Below, one piece after another: positions 37,437 through 46,035 of a DNA stretch of 64,000 nt. A program made the position numbers and the translations under genes. Position 1 is the first letter of the stretch; every line of letters starts with the position of its first letter. The notes under the pieces were generated by a model. It searched no databases, was not told the DNA's origin, and saw nothing but the letters and a program-made list of their open reading frames with translations. The DNA is from Flavobacteriaceae bacterium (GTDB lineage Bacteria > Bacteroidota > Bacteroidia > Flavobacteriales > Weeksellaceae), in the NCBI GenBank assembly GCA_012522185.1, contig JAAYKY010000028.1:520-64519 (forward strand). The letters run 5' to 3'.

Positions 37437-38061
37437 TTACCTGGAACGAAAACCGGGAATTCAACTGGAAAAAAATCCATTGCTTTTGTTAATCCACGGA
37501 TACGGGAGCAACGAAGCCGATTTGTTCAGTTTTGCGGAAGATTTACCGCCGGAATTTCACGTAATCAGCGTTCGTGGAATTCATACACTCACGCCTGGAA
37601 TGTACGCTTGGTACGAAATCGATTTTATAAATATGGAGAAATTCACCAATGTGCCACAGGGAATTGCGTCCCGAAATAAATTGGTGGAATTCATTGATGA
37701 AATTACAGTTCAGGAAAATTTAGACAAAGAAAATGTCTGGATTTGTGGATTTAGTCAGGGCGCGATTTTGAGTTATGCAATCGCACTGAATTTTCCCGAA
37801 AAAGTAAAAAATGTGATTTGCCTGAGTGGTTATCCCGAAATGGATTTTATTGGAGAAATTTCTTCCGAAAAAGATTATTCGCATCTGGATTTTTTTGTGT
37901 CGCACGGAACGGACGATGCGGTCATTCCGGTGGAATGGGCGAGAAAAGCCCAACCTTTTTTGGATCAGTTGGGAATTAAAAATCTGTACCATGAATACCG
38001 AAGCGGACACGGAATAGTTCCGCAAAATTACTGGGATTTGATGACCTGGTTAAAGAAATAA
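37411..38061 (+). CDS. Alpha/beta hydrolase (phospholipase/carboxylesterase family)
   Basis: 216 aa. Nucleophile elbow GFSQGA with downstream Asp and His (HGTDD, GHGI). 26-nt overlap with mscS. Confidence 0.8.
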   Translation: MMKELKGISYLERKPGIQLEKNPLLLLIHGYGSNEADLFSFAEDLPPEFHVISVRGIHTLTPGMYAWYEIDFINMEKFTNVPQGIASRNKLVEFIDEITVQENLDKENVWICGFSQGAILSYAIALNFPEKVKNVICLSGYPEMDFIGEISSEKDYSHLDFFVSHGTDDAVIPVEWARKAQPFLDQLGIKNLYHEYRSGHGIVPQNYWDLMTWLKK

Positions 38062-38074
38062 AAATTTAGAATCT

Positions 38075-38082
38075 TAACTTTG
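38075..38082 (+). promoter_or_regulatory. Bacteroidota -7 box (TAACTTTG)
   Basis: Exact TAnnTTTG match 53 nt upstream of pdxA. Confidence 0.4.
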
Positions 38083-38135
38083 TGGAAATTTAATTCGGAC
38101 ATTCCGATTTCTACACTAAATAATAGTTTAAAAAA

Positions 38136-39200
38136 ATGAATTTGCAGGAATATAAACCCAAAGTAGCCATTTCGGTTGGCGATATCAACGGAATCGGATG
38201 TGAAGTCATCGTAAAGGCTTTGGCCGACAAGAATATACTGGATTTTTTCACGCCCGTTATTTTTGGTTCGACCAAACATTTGAATTTCTATAAAAATCAA
38301 TTGAAAGATGAGTCCATTCAGTTTTTTGGGATAAATTCTCCCGACAAAGCGGTGGAAAGAAAAATCAATGTGGTGAATTTGTGGAAAGAACCTGCACAAA
38401 TGGAATTTGGAAATGCCACCGAACTTTCGGGTAGGCTTGCATTTGAATCGCTTAAAGCCGCCGCTGAATCCGTGAAAAATGGTGAATGCGATGTCTTAGT
38501 AACCGCACCGATTAATAAGAAAAACATTCAGTCCGAAGCATTTAATTTTCCCGGTCATACCGAATATTTAGGTGAAGTTTGGGGCGGAAAGCCTTTGATG
38601 TTTTTGGTAACTGAAATGCTTAAAGTGAGTTTGGTTACCCAACACATTCCGCTGAAAGACGTGGCTTCAAAAATCAGTAAAGAGAACATTACGGAAAAAG
38701 TTTTGGCGTTGCATGAATCCTTAAAAATGGATTTTGGCGTTCGTAAACCGAAGATTGCCGTTTTGGGATTGAATCCTCATTCGGGCGACAATGGACTTTT
38801 GGGACAAGAAGAACAAGAAATCATCACACCGGCCATTCAATCGCTTTACGAAAAAGGAATGTTGGTTTTTGGCCCGTATGCAGCTGACAGCTTTTTTTCG
38901 CCGTCGAATATTGAAACCTTTGATGCGGTTTTGGGAATGTATCACGACCAAGCGCTCATACCTTTCAAAACTTTGTGTTTTGAAGATGGTGTGAATTATA
39001 CAGCTTCGCTTCCTTTTGTACGTACTTCGCCCGATCACGGCGTGGCTTATGACATTGCCGGCAAAGGAATCGCAGACGAAACTTCCTTCCGCGAAGCAAT
39101 TTATACGGCGGTCACTATTTTCCAAAAACGCGCCGAATACAAAGAACTCACAAGCAATGTATTGAAACACCGTGAACTGAAGCCGGAGAGAGAAAGGTAA
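38136..39200 (+). CDS. pdxA: 4-hydroxythreonine-4-phosphate dehydrogenase
   Basis: 354 aa. GDINGIGCE, GHTEYL and TSPDHGVAYDIAGKG motifs. Confidence 0.93.
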   Translation: MNLQEYKPKVAISVGDINGIGCEVIVKALADKNILDFFTPVIFGSTKHLNFYKNQLKDESIQFFGINSPDKAVERKINVVNLWKEPAQMEFGNATELSGRLAFESLKAAAESVKNGECDVLVTAPINKKNIQSEAFNFPGHTEYLGEVWGGKPLMFLVTEMLKVSLVTQHIPLKDVASKISKENITEKVLALHESLKMDFGVRKPKIAVLGLNPHSGDNGLLGQEEQEIITPAIQSLYEKGMLVFGPYAADSFFSPSNIETFDAVLGMYHDQALIPFKTLCFEDGVNYTASLPFVRTSPDHGVAYDIAGKGIADETSFREAIYTAVTIFQKRAEYKELTSNVLKHRELKPERER

Positions 39201-39241
39201 TTTTTTATTGTATGGCTGTAGGATTGTATAATGTAGATGTG

Positions 39242-39249
39242 TAACTTTG
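39242..39249 (+). promoter_or_regulatory. Bacteroidota -7 box (TAACTTTG) for the TA cassette
   Basis: Exact TAnnTTTG match 14 nt upstream of the ATG at 39264. Confidence 0.4.
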
Positions 39250-39263
39250 AATAAATCAAAAAA

Positions 39264-39473
39264 ATGAAAACTTTCAGCGTAAAAATACCGGACGATAAAA
39301 CTTCCTTTTTTCTGGAATTTCTGGAATTAATTGGTGGAAGTTTTGAAAAGCAGGAATTTGAGTTGACTAGTGAACAAAAAGAGTTCTTATTAAGACAAAA
39401 TAAAGTTCCTTTGGATGAGTGTATTAGCGCGCAAGAATCTTATGAAAGGTTAAAGACCAAGCATGGATTATAA
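39264..39473 (+). CDS. Putative antitoxin of ParE/RelE-type TA pair
   Basis: 69 aa and acidic. Overlaps the toxin start by 11 nt. Assigned by position only. Confidence 0.5.
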   Translation: MKTFSVKIPDDKTSFFLEFLELIGGSFEKQEFELTSEQKEFLLRQNKVPLDECISAQESYERLKTKHGL

Positions 39474-39762
39474 GCTAATCATTACACCTGATGCTCAGTT
39501 GCAACTTGATGAAGCGCTTACTTACTATAAAAATAAAGCATCCAAAAAGGTGGCAAGAAATTTTTTGGAAGAATATAGAAACACTTGCGAAACCATTTTA
39601 GAAGTTCTCTATTTTCAATTCTATTTTCTTGAGTTTAGGGCAGTTCCGATGAAGAAATTTCCATTTCTCGTTTTTTACACTTTAAATGAAGATAAAAAGC
39701 TTGTAATTATCAAAGCCGTATTCCACACATCTCAAAATCCGGATAAATATCCCGGTCAATAA
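39463..39762 (+). CDS. Type II toxin, RelE/ParE family
   Basis: 99 aa. N-terminal ITPDAQLQLDEALTYY and C-terminal LVIIKAVFHTSQNP are typical of ParE-like toxins. Confidence 0.75.
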   Translation: MDYKLIITPDAQLQLDEALTYYKNKASKKVARNFLEEYRNTCETILEVLYFQFYFLEFRAVPMKKFPFLVFYTLNEDKKLVIIKAVFHTSQNPDKYPGQ

Positions 39763-39801
39763 AATTTAATCAAAACCTTCTTGTTTTTCAGCAAGATGTA
39801 T

Positions 39802-39809
39802 TATCTTTG
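39802..39809 (+). promoter_or_regulatory. Bacteroidota -7 box (TATCTTTG) upstream of yceD-rpmF
   Basis: Exact TAnnTTTG match. The reading frame of yceD opens at 39822. Confidence 0.4.
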
Positions 39810-39863
39810 CCACCCGTTTGAGTTCTGGAGAAGTTCAGTTATTATAACGTTTCCTTTGCAGGT

Positions 39864-40367
39864 TTGAGTTTAGGGCAGCATGACTTTGAATTTCAGATAG
39901 CTCAATCGTTCTTTGATTTGTTTGAATTTGATCAGGATTTTCGTGATCCCGATTTGAAACTCCAATTGATTTTGGACAAAAAGAACAATTTTCTGGAATT
40001 GTTTTTTCATTTATCGGGAAATATTGAAGTGGATTGCGACTTAACGAGCGATGCTTATAGAGAAGAAATTCATGGAAAATCGGGATTGATTGTTAAATTT
40101 GGTGATGAATTTGATGATTCCGATGATGAAGTTTGGGTGATTCCGTCTGGGGAGCATTTTATAAATGTGGCTCAATTGATTTATGAATTGGCTCTTTTGT
40201 CAATTCCGTACAAGCGAATTCATCCCGATGTGTTGACCGGAAAAAGTGATTCTGAAATGCTGGATTTAATTGAAAAGTACAGTATTCAGGAAAAAGCAGA
40301 AGATGCAAAGGATTCAAACGAAGAAATAGACCCACGTTGGGAAGCTTTGAAAAAATTAAGAAAATAA
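39864..40367 (+). CDS. yceD: YceD family (DUF177) protein; start codon uncertain
   Basis: Lies immediately upstream of rpmF, as in most bacteria. The frame is open from 39822 and encodes conserved-looking N-terminal residues, but only CTG (39825) and TTG (39864) are available as starts. Confidence 0.75.
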   Translation: MSLGQHDFEFQIAQSFFDLFEFDQDFRDPDLKLQLILDKKNNFLELFFHLSGNIEVDCDLTSDAYREEIHGKSGLIVKFGDEFDDSDDEVWVIPSGEHFINVAQLIYELALLSIPYKRIHPDVLTGKSDSEMLDLIEKYSIQEKAEDAKDSNEEIDPRWEALKKLRK

Positions 40368-40394
40368 AAATAACGGATTATTAAAACATAAGTT

Positions 40395-40595
40395 ATGGCA
40401 CATCCTAAGAGACGTCAATCGACAACAAGAAGAGATAAACGCAGAACCCATTACAAAATTGAAGCGCCTCAGTTGGCTGTAGATAAAACAACCGGCGAAT
40501 CACATCTTTACCACCGTGCATACTGGCTAGACGGTAAAATGTACTACAGAGGAAAAGTAGTAATGGAGAAAGTTCAGGAAGAAGAAGCAGAATAA
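40395..40595 (+). CDS. rpmF: 50S ribosomal protein L32
   Basis: 66 aa. [22 protein letters not shown]-terminus. Confidence 0.95.
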   Translation: MAHPKRRQSTTRRDKRRTHYKIEAPQLAVDKTTGESHLYHRAYWLDGKMYYRGKVVMEKVQEEEAE

Positions 40596-40614
40596 TTCGG
40601 ATTCCACGACAAAT

Positions 40615-40651
40615 AAAAAGCTGTTTCTAAAAATATTAGAAGCAGCTTTTT
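40615..40651 (+). terminator. Rho-independent terminator after rpmF
   Basis: AAAAAGCTGTTTCTAA / TTAGAAGCAGCTTTTT, a 16-bp stem with one G-U pair and a 5-nt loop, flanked by T-rich sequence. Confidence 0.6.
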
Positions 40652-40662
40652 CAATTTTTTTA

Positions 40663-40670
40663 TACATTTG
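40663..40670 (+). promoter_or_regulatory. Bacteroidota -7 box (TACATTTG) upstream of accB
   Basis: Exact TAnnTTTG match 39 nt upstream of the accB ATG. Confidence 0.4.
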
Positions 40671-40709
40671 AAGTTCACTACCCATATTTACAAATAAATT
40701 CTATACATT

Positions 40710-41186
40710 ATGGATATCAAAGAAATACAAAATCTGATTAAATTCGTTTCTAAATCAGATGTTGCAGAAGTTAATCTGAAGCTTAAAGATTTTGAAATAA
40801 AAATCAAAAACATTGGAGGACAAACGGTTACCTACGCACCTCAACCTGTAATTCCTGCTCAGATGCCGGTTGCTCCTCAAGCAGCTCCAGCGGCACCTGC
40901 ACCTCAAGCAGCAGAAAAGCCAGCAGCAGAGGATGAAAACTCCAAATACATTACTGTAAAATCTCCGATGATCGGAACTTTTTATCGTGCATCCGGCCCG
41001 GGGAAAGATCCTTTCGTTTCGGTGGGCGATACTGTTTCTGTAGGTTCCGTACTTTGCATCGTGGAAGCCATGAAATTATTCAATGAAATTGAATCGGAAG
41101 TTTCCGGTAAAGTCGTTAAAGTTCTCGTGGATGATGCTACTCCCATTGAGTACGATCAACCTTTGTTCTTGATTGACCCATCCTAA
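40710..41186 (+). CDS. accB: Acetyl-CoA carboxylase biotin carboxyl carrier protein
   Basis: 158 aa. Pro/Ala linker and biotinylation motif CIVEAMKLFNEIE. Confidence 0.95.
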   Translation: MDIKEIQNLIKFVSKSDVAEVNLKLKDFEIKIKNIGGQTVTYAPQPVIPAQMPVAPQAAPAAPAPQAAEKPAAEDENSKYITVKSPMIGTFYRASGPGKDPFVSVGDTVSVGSVLCIVEAMKLFNEIESEVSGKVVKVLVDDATPIEYDQPLFLIDPS

Positions 41187-41274
41187 TAAATTATGAATTT
41201 TGAAGGAGTTTGTATTGAACACAATTTCCCAAATCATTAATTCATAAATAATTATAATTCATAATTTAAAAAAG

Positions 41275-42633
41275 ATGTTTAAAAAAATATTAATTGCCAA
41301 CCGGGGAGAAATCGCAATGCGCGTGATCCGGACCGCCAAAGAAATGGGAATTAAAACCGTTGCGGTTTATTCCACGGCCGATCGTGACAGCCTTCATGTA
41401 AGATTTGCAGACGAAGCTGTTTGCATTGGCCCCGCAGCAAGCTCTGAGTCTTATTTGAAAATGGCCAACATCATTGCAGCTGCCGAAATCACAGATGCCG
41501 ACGCCATTCATCCCGGCTATGGATTCCTTTCCGAAAATGCTAAATTTTCCAAAACCTGTAAAGACAACGGAATTAAATTCATCGGTGCTTTGCCAGAACA
41601 CATTGAAAAAATGGGTGATAAAGCCACGGCTAAAGCTACGATGATCAAAGCAGGAGTTCCTGTAGTTCCTGGCTCCGAAGGAATCTTAAAAGACTATTCA
41701 GAGGCCAAAAAAATCGCCAAAAAAATCGGATACCCAGTCATGATCAAGGCCACAGCAGGAGGTGGTGGAAAAGGGATGCGTGCCGTCTGGAATGAAAAAG
41801 AACTGGAAAAACACTGGGAATCTGCCGTTCAAGAAGCAACGGCTGCCTTTGGAAACGGAGGAATGTACATGGAGAAACTCATCGAAGAACCCCGACACAT
41901 CGAAATTCAAATTGCAGGCGACTCGACCGGGAAAGCTTGTCATTTGTCCGAACGTGACTGCTCCGTTCAGCGACGTCACCAAAAACTGGTAGAAGAAACA
42001 CCTTCTCCTTTCATGACAAAGGAATTACGAGAAAAGATGGGTGACGCTGCGGTTCGCGCTGCGGAATTCATCGGATACGAAGGCGTCGGGACGGTTGAGT
42101 TCTTGGTGGACAAAAACGGAGATTTTTATTTCATGGAAATGAATACCCGAATTCAAGTTGAACACCCGATTACAGAACAAGTAATTGATTATGATTTAAT
42201 CAAAGAGCAAATCTTACTTGCTGCCGGACAGCCGATTTCAGGAAAGAATTATTTCCCAAAATTACATTCGATTGAATGCCGGATCAATGCGGAGGACCCT
42301 TACAATGGATTCCGTCCATCACCAGGGATGATCACCAATATCAACATTCCGGGTGGTCATGGAGTCAGAGTAGACACGCATGTTTATGCAGGATATCAGA
42401 TTCCTCCTTATTACGATTCTATGATTGCTAAATTGATTGTAACTTCTCAAACACGTGAAGAATCATTGGCAAAAATGAAGCGGGCACTTGATGAGTTTTA
42501 TATCGAAGGCATCAAAACTACAGTTCCTTTCCATAGACAATTGATGGATGATCCAGAATTTGTAAAAGGAAATTATACCACAAAATTCATGGAAACCTTT
42601 GAATTGGATCCAAGTTATGCAGATTCTTTTTAA
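41275..42633 (+). CDS. accC: Acetyl-CoA carboxylase biotin carboxylase subunit
   Basis: 452 aa. [11 protein letters not shown]-terminus, ATP-grasp GGGGKGMR and [11 protein letters not shown]. Confidence 0.97.
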   Translation: MFKKILIANRGEIAMRVIRTAKEMGIKTVAVYSTADRDSLHVRFADEAVCIGPAASSESYLKMANIIAAAEITDADAIHPGYGFLSENAKFSKTCKDNGIKFIGALPEHIEKMGDKATAKATMIKAGVPVVPGSEGILKDYSEAKKIAKKIGYPVMIKATAGGGGKGMRAVWNEKELEKHWESAVQEATAAFGNGGMYMEKLIEEPRHIEIQIAGDSTGKACHLSERDCSVQRRHQKLVEETPSPFMTKELREKMGDAAVRAAEFIGYEGVGTVEFLVDKNGDFYFMEMNTRIQVEHPITEQVIDYDLIKEQILLAAGQPISGKNYFPKLHSIECRINAEDPYNGFRPSPGMITNINIPGGHGVRVDTHVYAGYQIPPYYDSMIAKLIVTSQTREESLAKMKRALDEFYIEGIKTTVPFHRQLMDDPEFVKGNYTTKFMETFELDPSYADSF

Positions 42634-42655
42634 TTGTTTAATTAAATAATTGATC

Positions 42656-42687
42656 AAAGCCGGGTGATTTCTCACCCGGCTTTTCTA
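42656..42687 (+). terminator. Rho-independent terminator after accC
   Basis: AAAGCCGGGTGA / TCACCCGGCTTT 12-bp stem, 5-nt loop, T-tract. Confidence 0.8.
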
Positions 42688-42795
42688 TTTATATTTCAAC
42701 TTAATCTAAATACAAATAACTGAATATCAATTATTTATATTAATTCTTCCTAAGTTTCAAACTAAATTTGACTTATAATCCTAAAATCATTAGTC

Positions 42796-43044
42796 ATGAA
42801 AGTCAAATTAGCCCAATGTTGCGGAAACTGTGAACACTTTATCAATGGTCAAATTTGCGCAGTTCAAGAAATCGTAGTGAGTGAAAATCAAGTCTGTGAG
42901 GCTTATACTTTCAAACCTGTCTTGCATCGTGAGGATGATTGTCTAAAATGTGCTAAGTTTCAAACTACGACTTGTGCTCATCCGAGCAAAGCCAGTGAAG
43001 GAATTATGTGCACCGTTTGGTTTCCCCGAATGGGACATTTTTAA
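42796..43044 (+). CDS. Hypothetical Cys-rich small protein
   Basis: 82 aa with nine Cys, including CCGNC and CLKC pairs. No signal peptide. Flanked by terminator-like hairpins. Confidence 0.45.
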   Translation: MKVKLAQCCGNCEHFINGQICAVQEIVVSENQVCEAYTFKPVLHREDDCLKCAKFQTTTCAHPSKASEGIMCTVWFPRMGHF

Positions 43045-43051
43045 CCAGGAG

Positions 43052-43086
43052 AAAGGGAAAACTCGCCATGAATTTTCCCTTTTTTA
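43052..43086. terminator. Hairpin between convergent genes (possible bidirectional terminator)
   Basis: AAAGGGAAAA (43052-61) / TTTTCCCTTT (43073-82), 11-nt loop, T-run on the plus strand. Confidence 0.45.
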
Positions 43087-43088
43087 TT

Positions 43089-43871
43089 TTACAAATCCCA
43101 ATTGTTCATTTGCGCAATATAATGGTGCGCTGTCATGTCGTACTGGATCGGCACCACTGAGATATGACCTTCTTCCAAAGCTCTTTCATCTGTATCTTCT
43201 CCTTTGTCACGATTTTCAAATTTCCCGGTGAGCCAATAATAAGTTCTTCCTCTCGGGTCTTTTCGTTCATCATAATCTTCCACCCAAACAGCTTTGGCTT
43301 GTCGACAAACTTTGATGCCCTTTATTTCGTTTTTTGGAAGTTTTGGAATATTGACATTTAATACCATTCCTTTTGGCATTTGTTTGTCAATGGATTCTCT
43401 CACAATTTTTTTTATTTGCTCTTCAGCAGCAAAGAAATCGGCACTATAAGAAAAATCACAAAGCGAAAATCCGATGGCAGGCACGCCTTCAATACCAGCT
43501 TCTACTGCTGCGGACATAGTTCCTGAATAAATCACATTGATGGAGGAATTCGATCCGTGATTAATCCCCGAAACACATAAGTCGGGGCGACGTGGAAGAA
43601 TACGAGTGATTGCAAGCTTCACACAATCCACTGGTGTCCCCGAACAAGCCCATTCCCTATCGGACTGAGGCCCATCATCTATTTTAATTTTTTCACAAAA
43701 CAAAGTCGAATTAATCGTAATGGCGTGTCCCATGCCGCTTTGCGGACTGTCAGGTGCCACAACATAGACCTCACCTATCTCATTCATCATCTTAATTAAT
43801 GCGCGTACTCCCGGCGCTGTAATTCCGTCATCATTTGTTACCAGAATCAATGGTTTTTCCTTGGATTTCAT
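43089..43871 (-). CDS. surE: 5'/3'-nucleotidase SurE
   Basis: 260 aa. ILVTNDDGITAPG N-terminus and GINHGSN motif. Confidence 0.95.
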   Translation of the reverse strand: MKSKEKPLILVTNDDGITAPGVRALIKMMNEIGEVYVVAPDSPQSGMGHAITINSTLFCEKIKIDDGPQSDREWACSGTPVDCVKLAITRILPRRPDLCVSGINHGSNSSINVIYSGTMSAAVEAGIEGVPAIGFSLCDFSYSADFFAAEEQIKKIVRESIDKQMPKGMVLNVNIPKLPKNEIKGIKVCRQAKAVWVEDYDERKDPRGRTYYWLTGKFENRDKGEDTDERALEEGHISVVPIQYDMTAHHYIAQMNNWDL

Positions 43872-43921
43872 GTATATTTGAATGTTTTAAGTCCAAAGTT
43901 AGTCAAACTATTTTTTGGCTC

Positions 43922-43929
43922 TATATTTG
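43922..43929 (+). promoter_or_regulatory. Bacteroidota -7 box (TATATTTG)
   Basis: Exact TAnnTTTG match 36 nt upstream of the ATG at 43966. A second identical box lies at 43873-43880. Confidence 0.35.
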
Positions 43930-43965
43930 TTTCTAAATTTAAACATTACCTAACAAGGATTTTAT

Positions 43966-46029
43966 ATGCTGATGAGAAAAACATTTGTTCTTTTGTCCTT
44001 CCTTTCCATGTGCTTTTTGGCCTTTTGTTTTTGCACTCCCGGAAACCAAACGGACGATACAAAAATAAAAACAATCATAAAAAACATACGGAATACGCTT
44101 ACTTATATGCACTATCGCCCCCAAATTATCAACGATAGCTTTTCCGAAGATGTGTTTAATTTATATTTGGAAAAAATTGACCCCAACAAAAGATATTTGT
44201 TGCAGTCGGATTATGACGAGTTCAAAAAAGATTATCATCATCTCGATGATTATTTCAACAATCAGGATTTGAGGTTTTTCCATGCGACTATCGACACTTT
44301 GTTTCAACGTTACAAAGAAGCCAAAGAATATTCGGAAGAAATTCTTAAAGAACCTTTTGACTTCACTAAAGATGAAGATTTTTTAATTGGTGATGATGCA
44401 ATTGCCTATGCAAAATCCAAAGCCGAAGCCAAAGATCTATGGAGAAAGTACTTGAAATACAATACATTGACGGAATTGATTCGTTTGCAAGAAGATTCCA
44501 CTAAGATGGATATGCCCTTGGTGGAATTGGAAAAGGAAGCAAGGGAGAATGTATCGGAAACCATTTCTGACTTTTTCAGGCGACAAGCTCAATTGAAAAA
44601 AGACCGTTTTCTGACACACTATATCAATTCATTTACAGAAAAGTACGATCCTCATACAAGTTATTTTTCGCCCGATGACAAAGATGATTTTGATGTCAAC
44701 ATTTCGGGTCAATTGGAAGGAATTGGAGCGCGACTTCAAGACAAAAAAGGGTATGCTACGATCATGGAAGTAGTGATTGGCGGTCCGGCATGGAAGGACG
44801 GTCAATTGGAAGTTGGCGATCAAATCACACACGTAAAACAAAAAGGTGAAGACCCGGTTAATATCGTGGGCATGCTTTTGGACGAAGCCATTCGCCACAT
44901 TCGTGGTAAAAAGGGAACCGAAGTCATTCTTACTGTAAAGAAGAAAGATGGAACGAGCAAAGAAATTAAATTGATTCGTGACGTCATCGAACAAGATGAA
45001 GTTTTTGCCAGAAGTGCTATCATTGAAGACAATGGTGAAAAATACGGAATCATTTATTTACCAGAGTTTTACACCAATTTCAATGATCGAAATGGTCGCG
45101 ATCCATCGGATGACATCACCAAGGAAATCATCGGACTCAAGAAAGAAAACATCAAAGGATTGGTTTTTGACCTTCGTTACAATGGTGGTGGGTCACTAGA
45201 AGAAGTGGTTGAAATTGCCGGATTATTCATACCAAAAGGACCGATAGTTCAAGTTCGAAGAAGTGATGGTCAATTAAGAATTCACGAAGACAAAGATCCG
45301 GCTGTTCTCTACGATGGACCTTTGGTTATAATGGTAAATGAACTTTCTGCTTCCGCATCTGAAATTTTAGCAGCCGCTATGCAGGATTACGGAAGAGCTG
45401 TCATCGTAGGTAGTCATAAAACCTTTGGCAAAGGAACAGTTCAGACATTCATTCCTTTGGATCAGAGAACCTTTAACCCGGACGAATACGGCGCATTGAA
45501 ACTTACGATTCAGAAATTTTATCGTGTCAATGGAGGCTCGACACAATTGAGAGGCGTTACACCGGATATTGTCATGCCCGATTTATTGACTTATGCTGAC
45601 ATCAGCGAGTCCAATTCTCATGATGCGCTTCCATGGGATCAAATCAAAGCCATCAAATTTGAGCCTTGGCAGAATTCATTTGACATTGATTATGTGAAAA
45701 CAAAAAGTTCGCAACGATTGGAGAATAACTCTTATTTAAAATTAATTGATCAAGCCGCAAAATATTATCAGGAGCTTGACAAAATTGATCGTATTCCATT
45801 AAATATTGAAAAGTTTAAATCAGATCGAAAATCCAGAGAAGAGCAATCCAAACAATTTGACTCCATTCAGGTTTATAAAACCAAACTCAATGTGTATTCT
45901 CCGCAGTTTGAACTCCCTAAATTCGAAAACGATACGATACTTCGTGAACGAAGAAAAGAATGGCATAAAAATCTAACCAATGATTTTTATCTGGAAGAAT
46001 CTGTCAATATTTTGAAAGACATTTCTTAA
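43966..46029 (+). CDS. Tail-specific (carboxy-terminal processing) protease, S41 family
   Basis: 687 aa with a signal/anchor. PDZ region and S41 core (NELSASASEILAAAMQD...GKGTVQ). Confidence 0.9.
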   Translation: MLMRKTFVLLSFLSMCFLAFCFCTPGNQTDDTKIKTIIKNIRNTLTYMHYRPQIINDSFSEDVFNLYLEKIDPNKRYLLQSDYDEFKKDYHHLDDYFNNQDLRFFHATIDTLFQRYKEAKEYSEEILKEPFDFTKDEDFLIGDDAIAYAKSKAEAKDLWRKYLKYNTLTELIRLQEDSTKMDMPLVELEKEARENVSETISDFFRRQAQLKKDRFLTHYINSFTEKYDPHTSYFSPDDKDDFDVNISGQLEGIGARLQDKKGYATIMEVVIGGPAWKDGQLEVGDQITHVKQKGEDPVNIVGMLLDEAIRHIRGKKGTEVILTVKKKDGTSKEIKLIRDVIEQDEVFARSAIIEDNGEKYGIIYLPEFYTNFNDRNGRDPSDDITKEIIGLKKENIKGLVFDLRYNGGGSLEEVVEIAGLFIPKGPIVQVRRSDGQLRIHEDKDPAVLYDGPLVIMVNELSASASEILAAAMQDYGRAVIVGSHKTFGKGTVQTFIPLDQRTFNPDEYGALKLTIQKFYRVNGGSTQLRGVTPDIVMPDLLTYADISESNSHDALPWDQIKAIKFEPWQNSFDIDYVKTKSSQRLENNSYLKLIDQAAKYYQELDKIDRIPLNIEKFKSDRKSREEQSKQFDSIQVYKTKLNVYSPQFELPKFENDTILRERRKEWHKNLTNDFYLEESVNILKDIS

Positions 46030-46035
46030 TTGATA

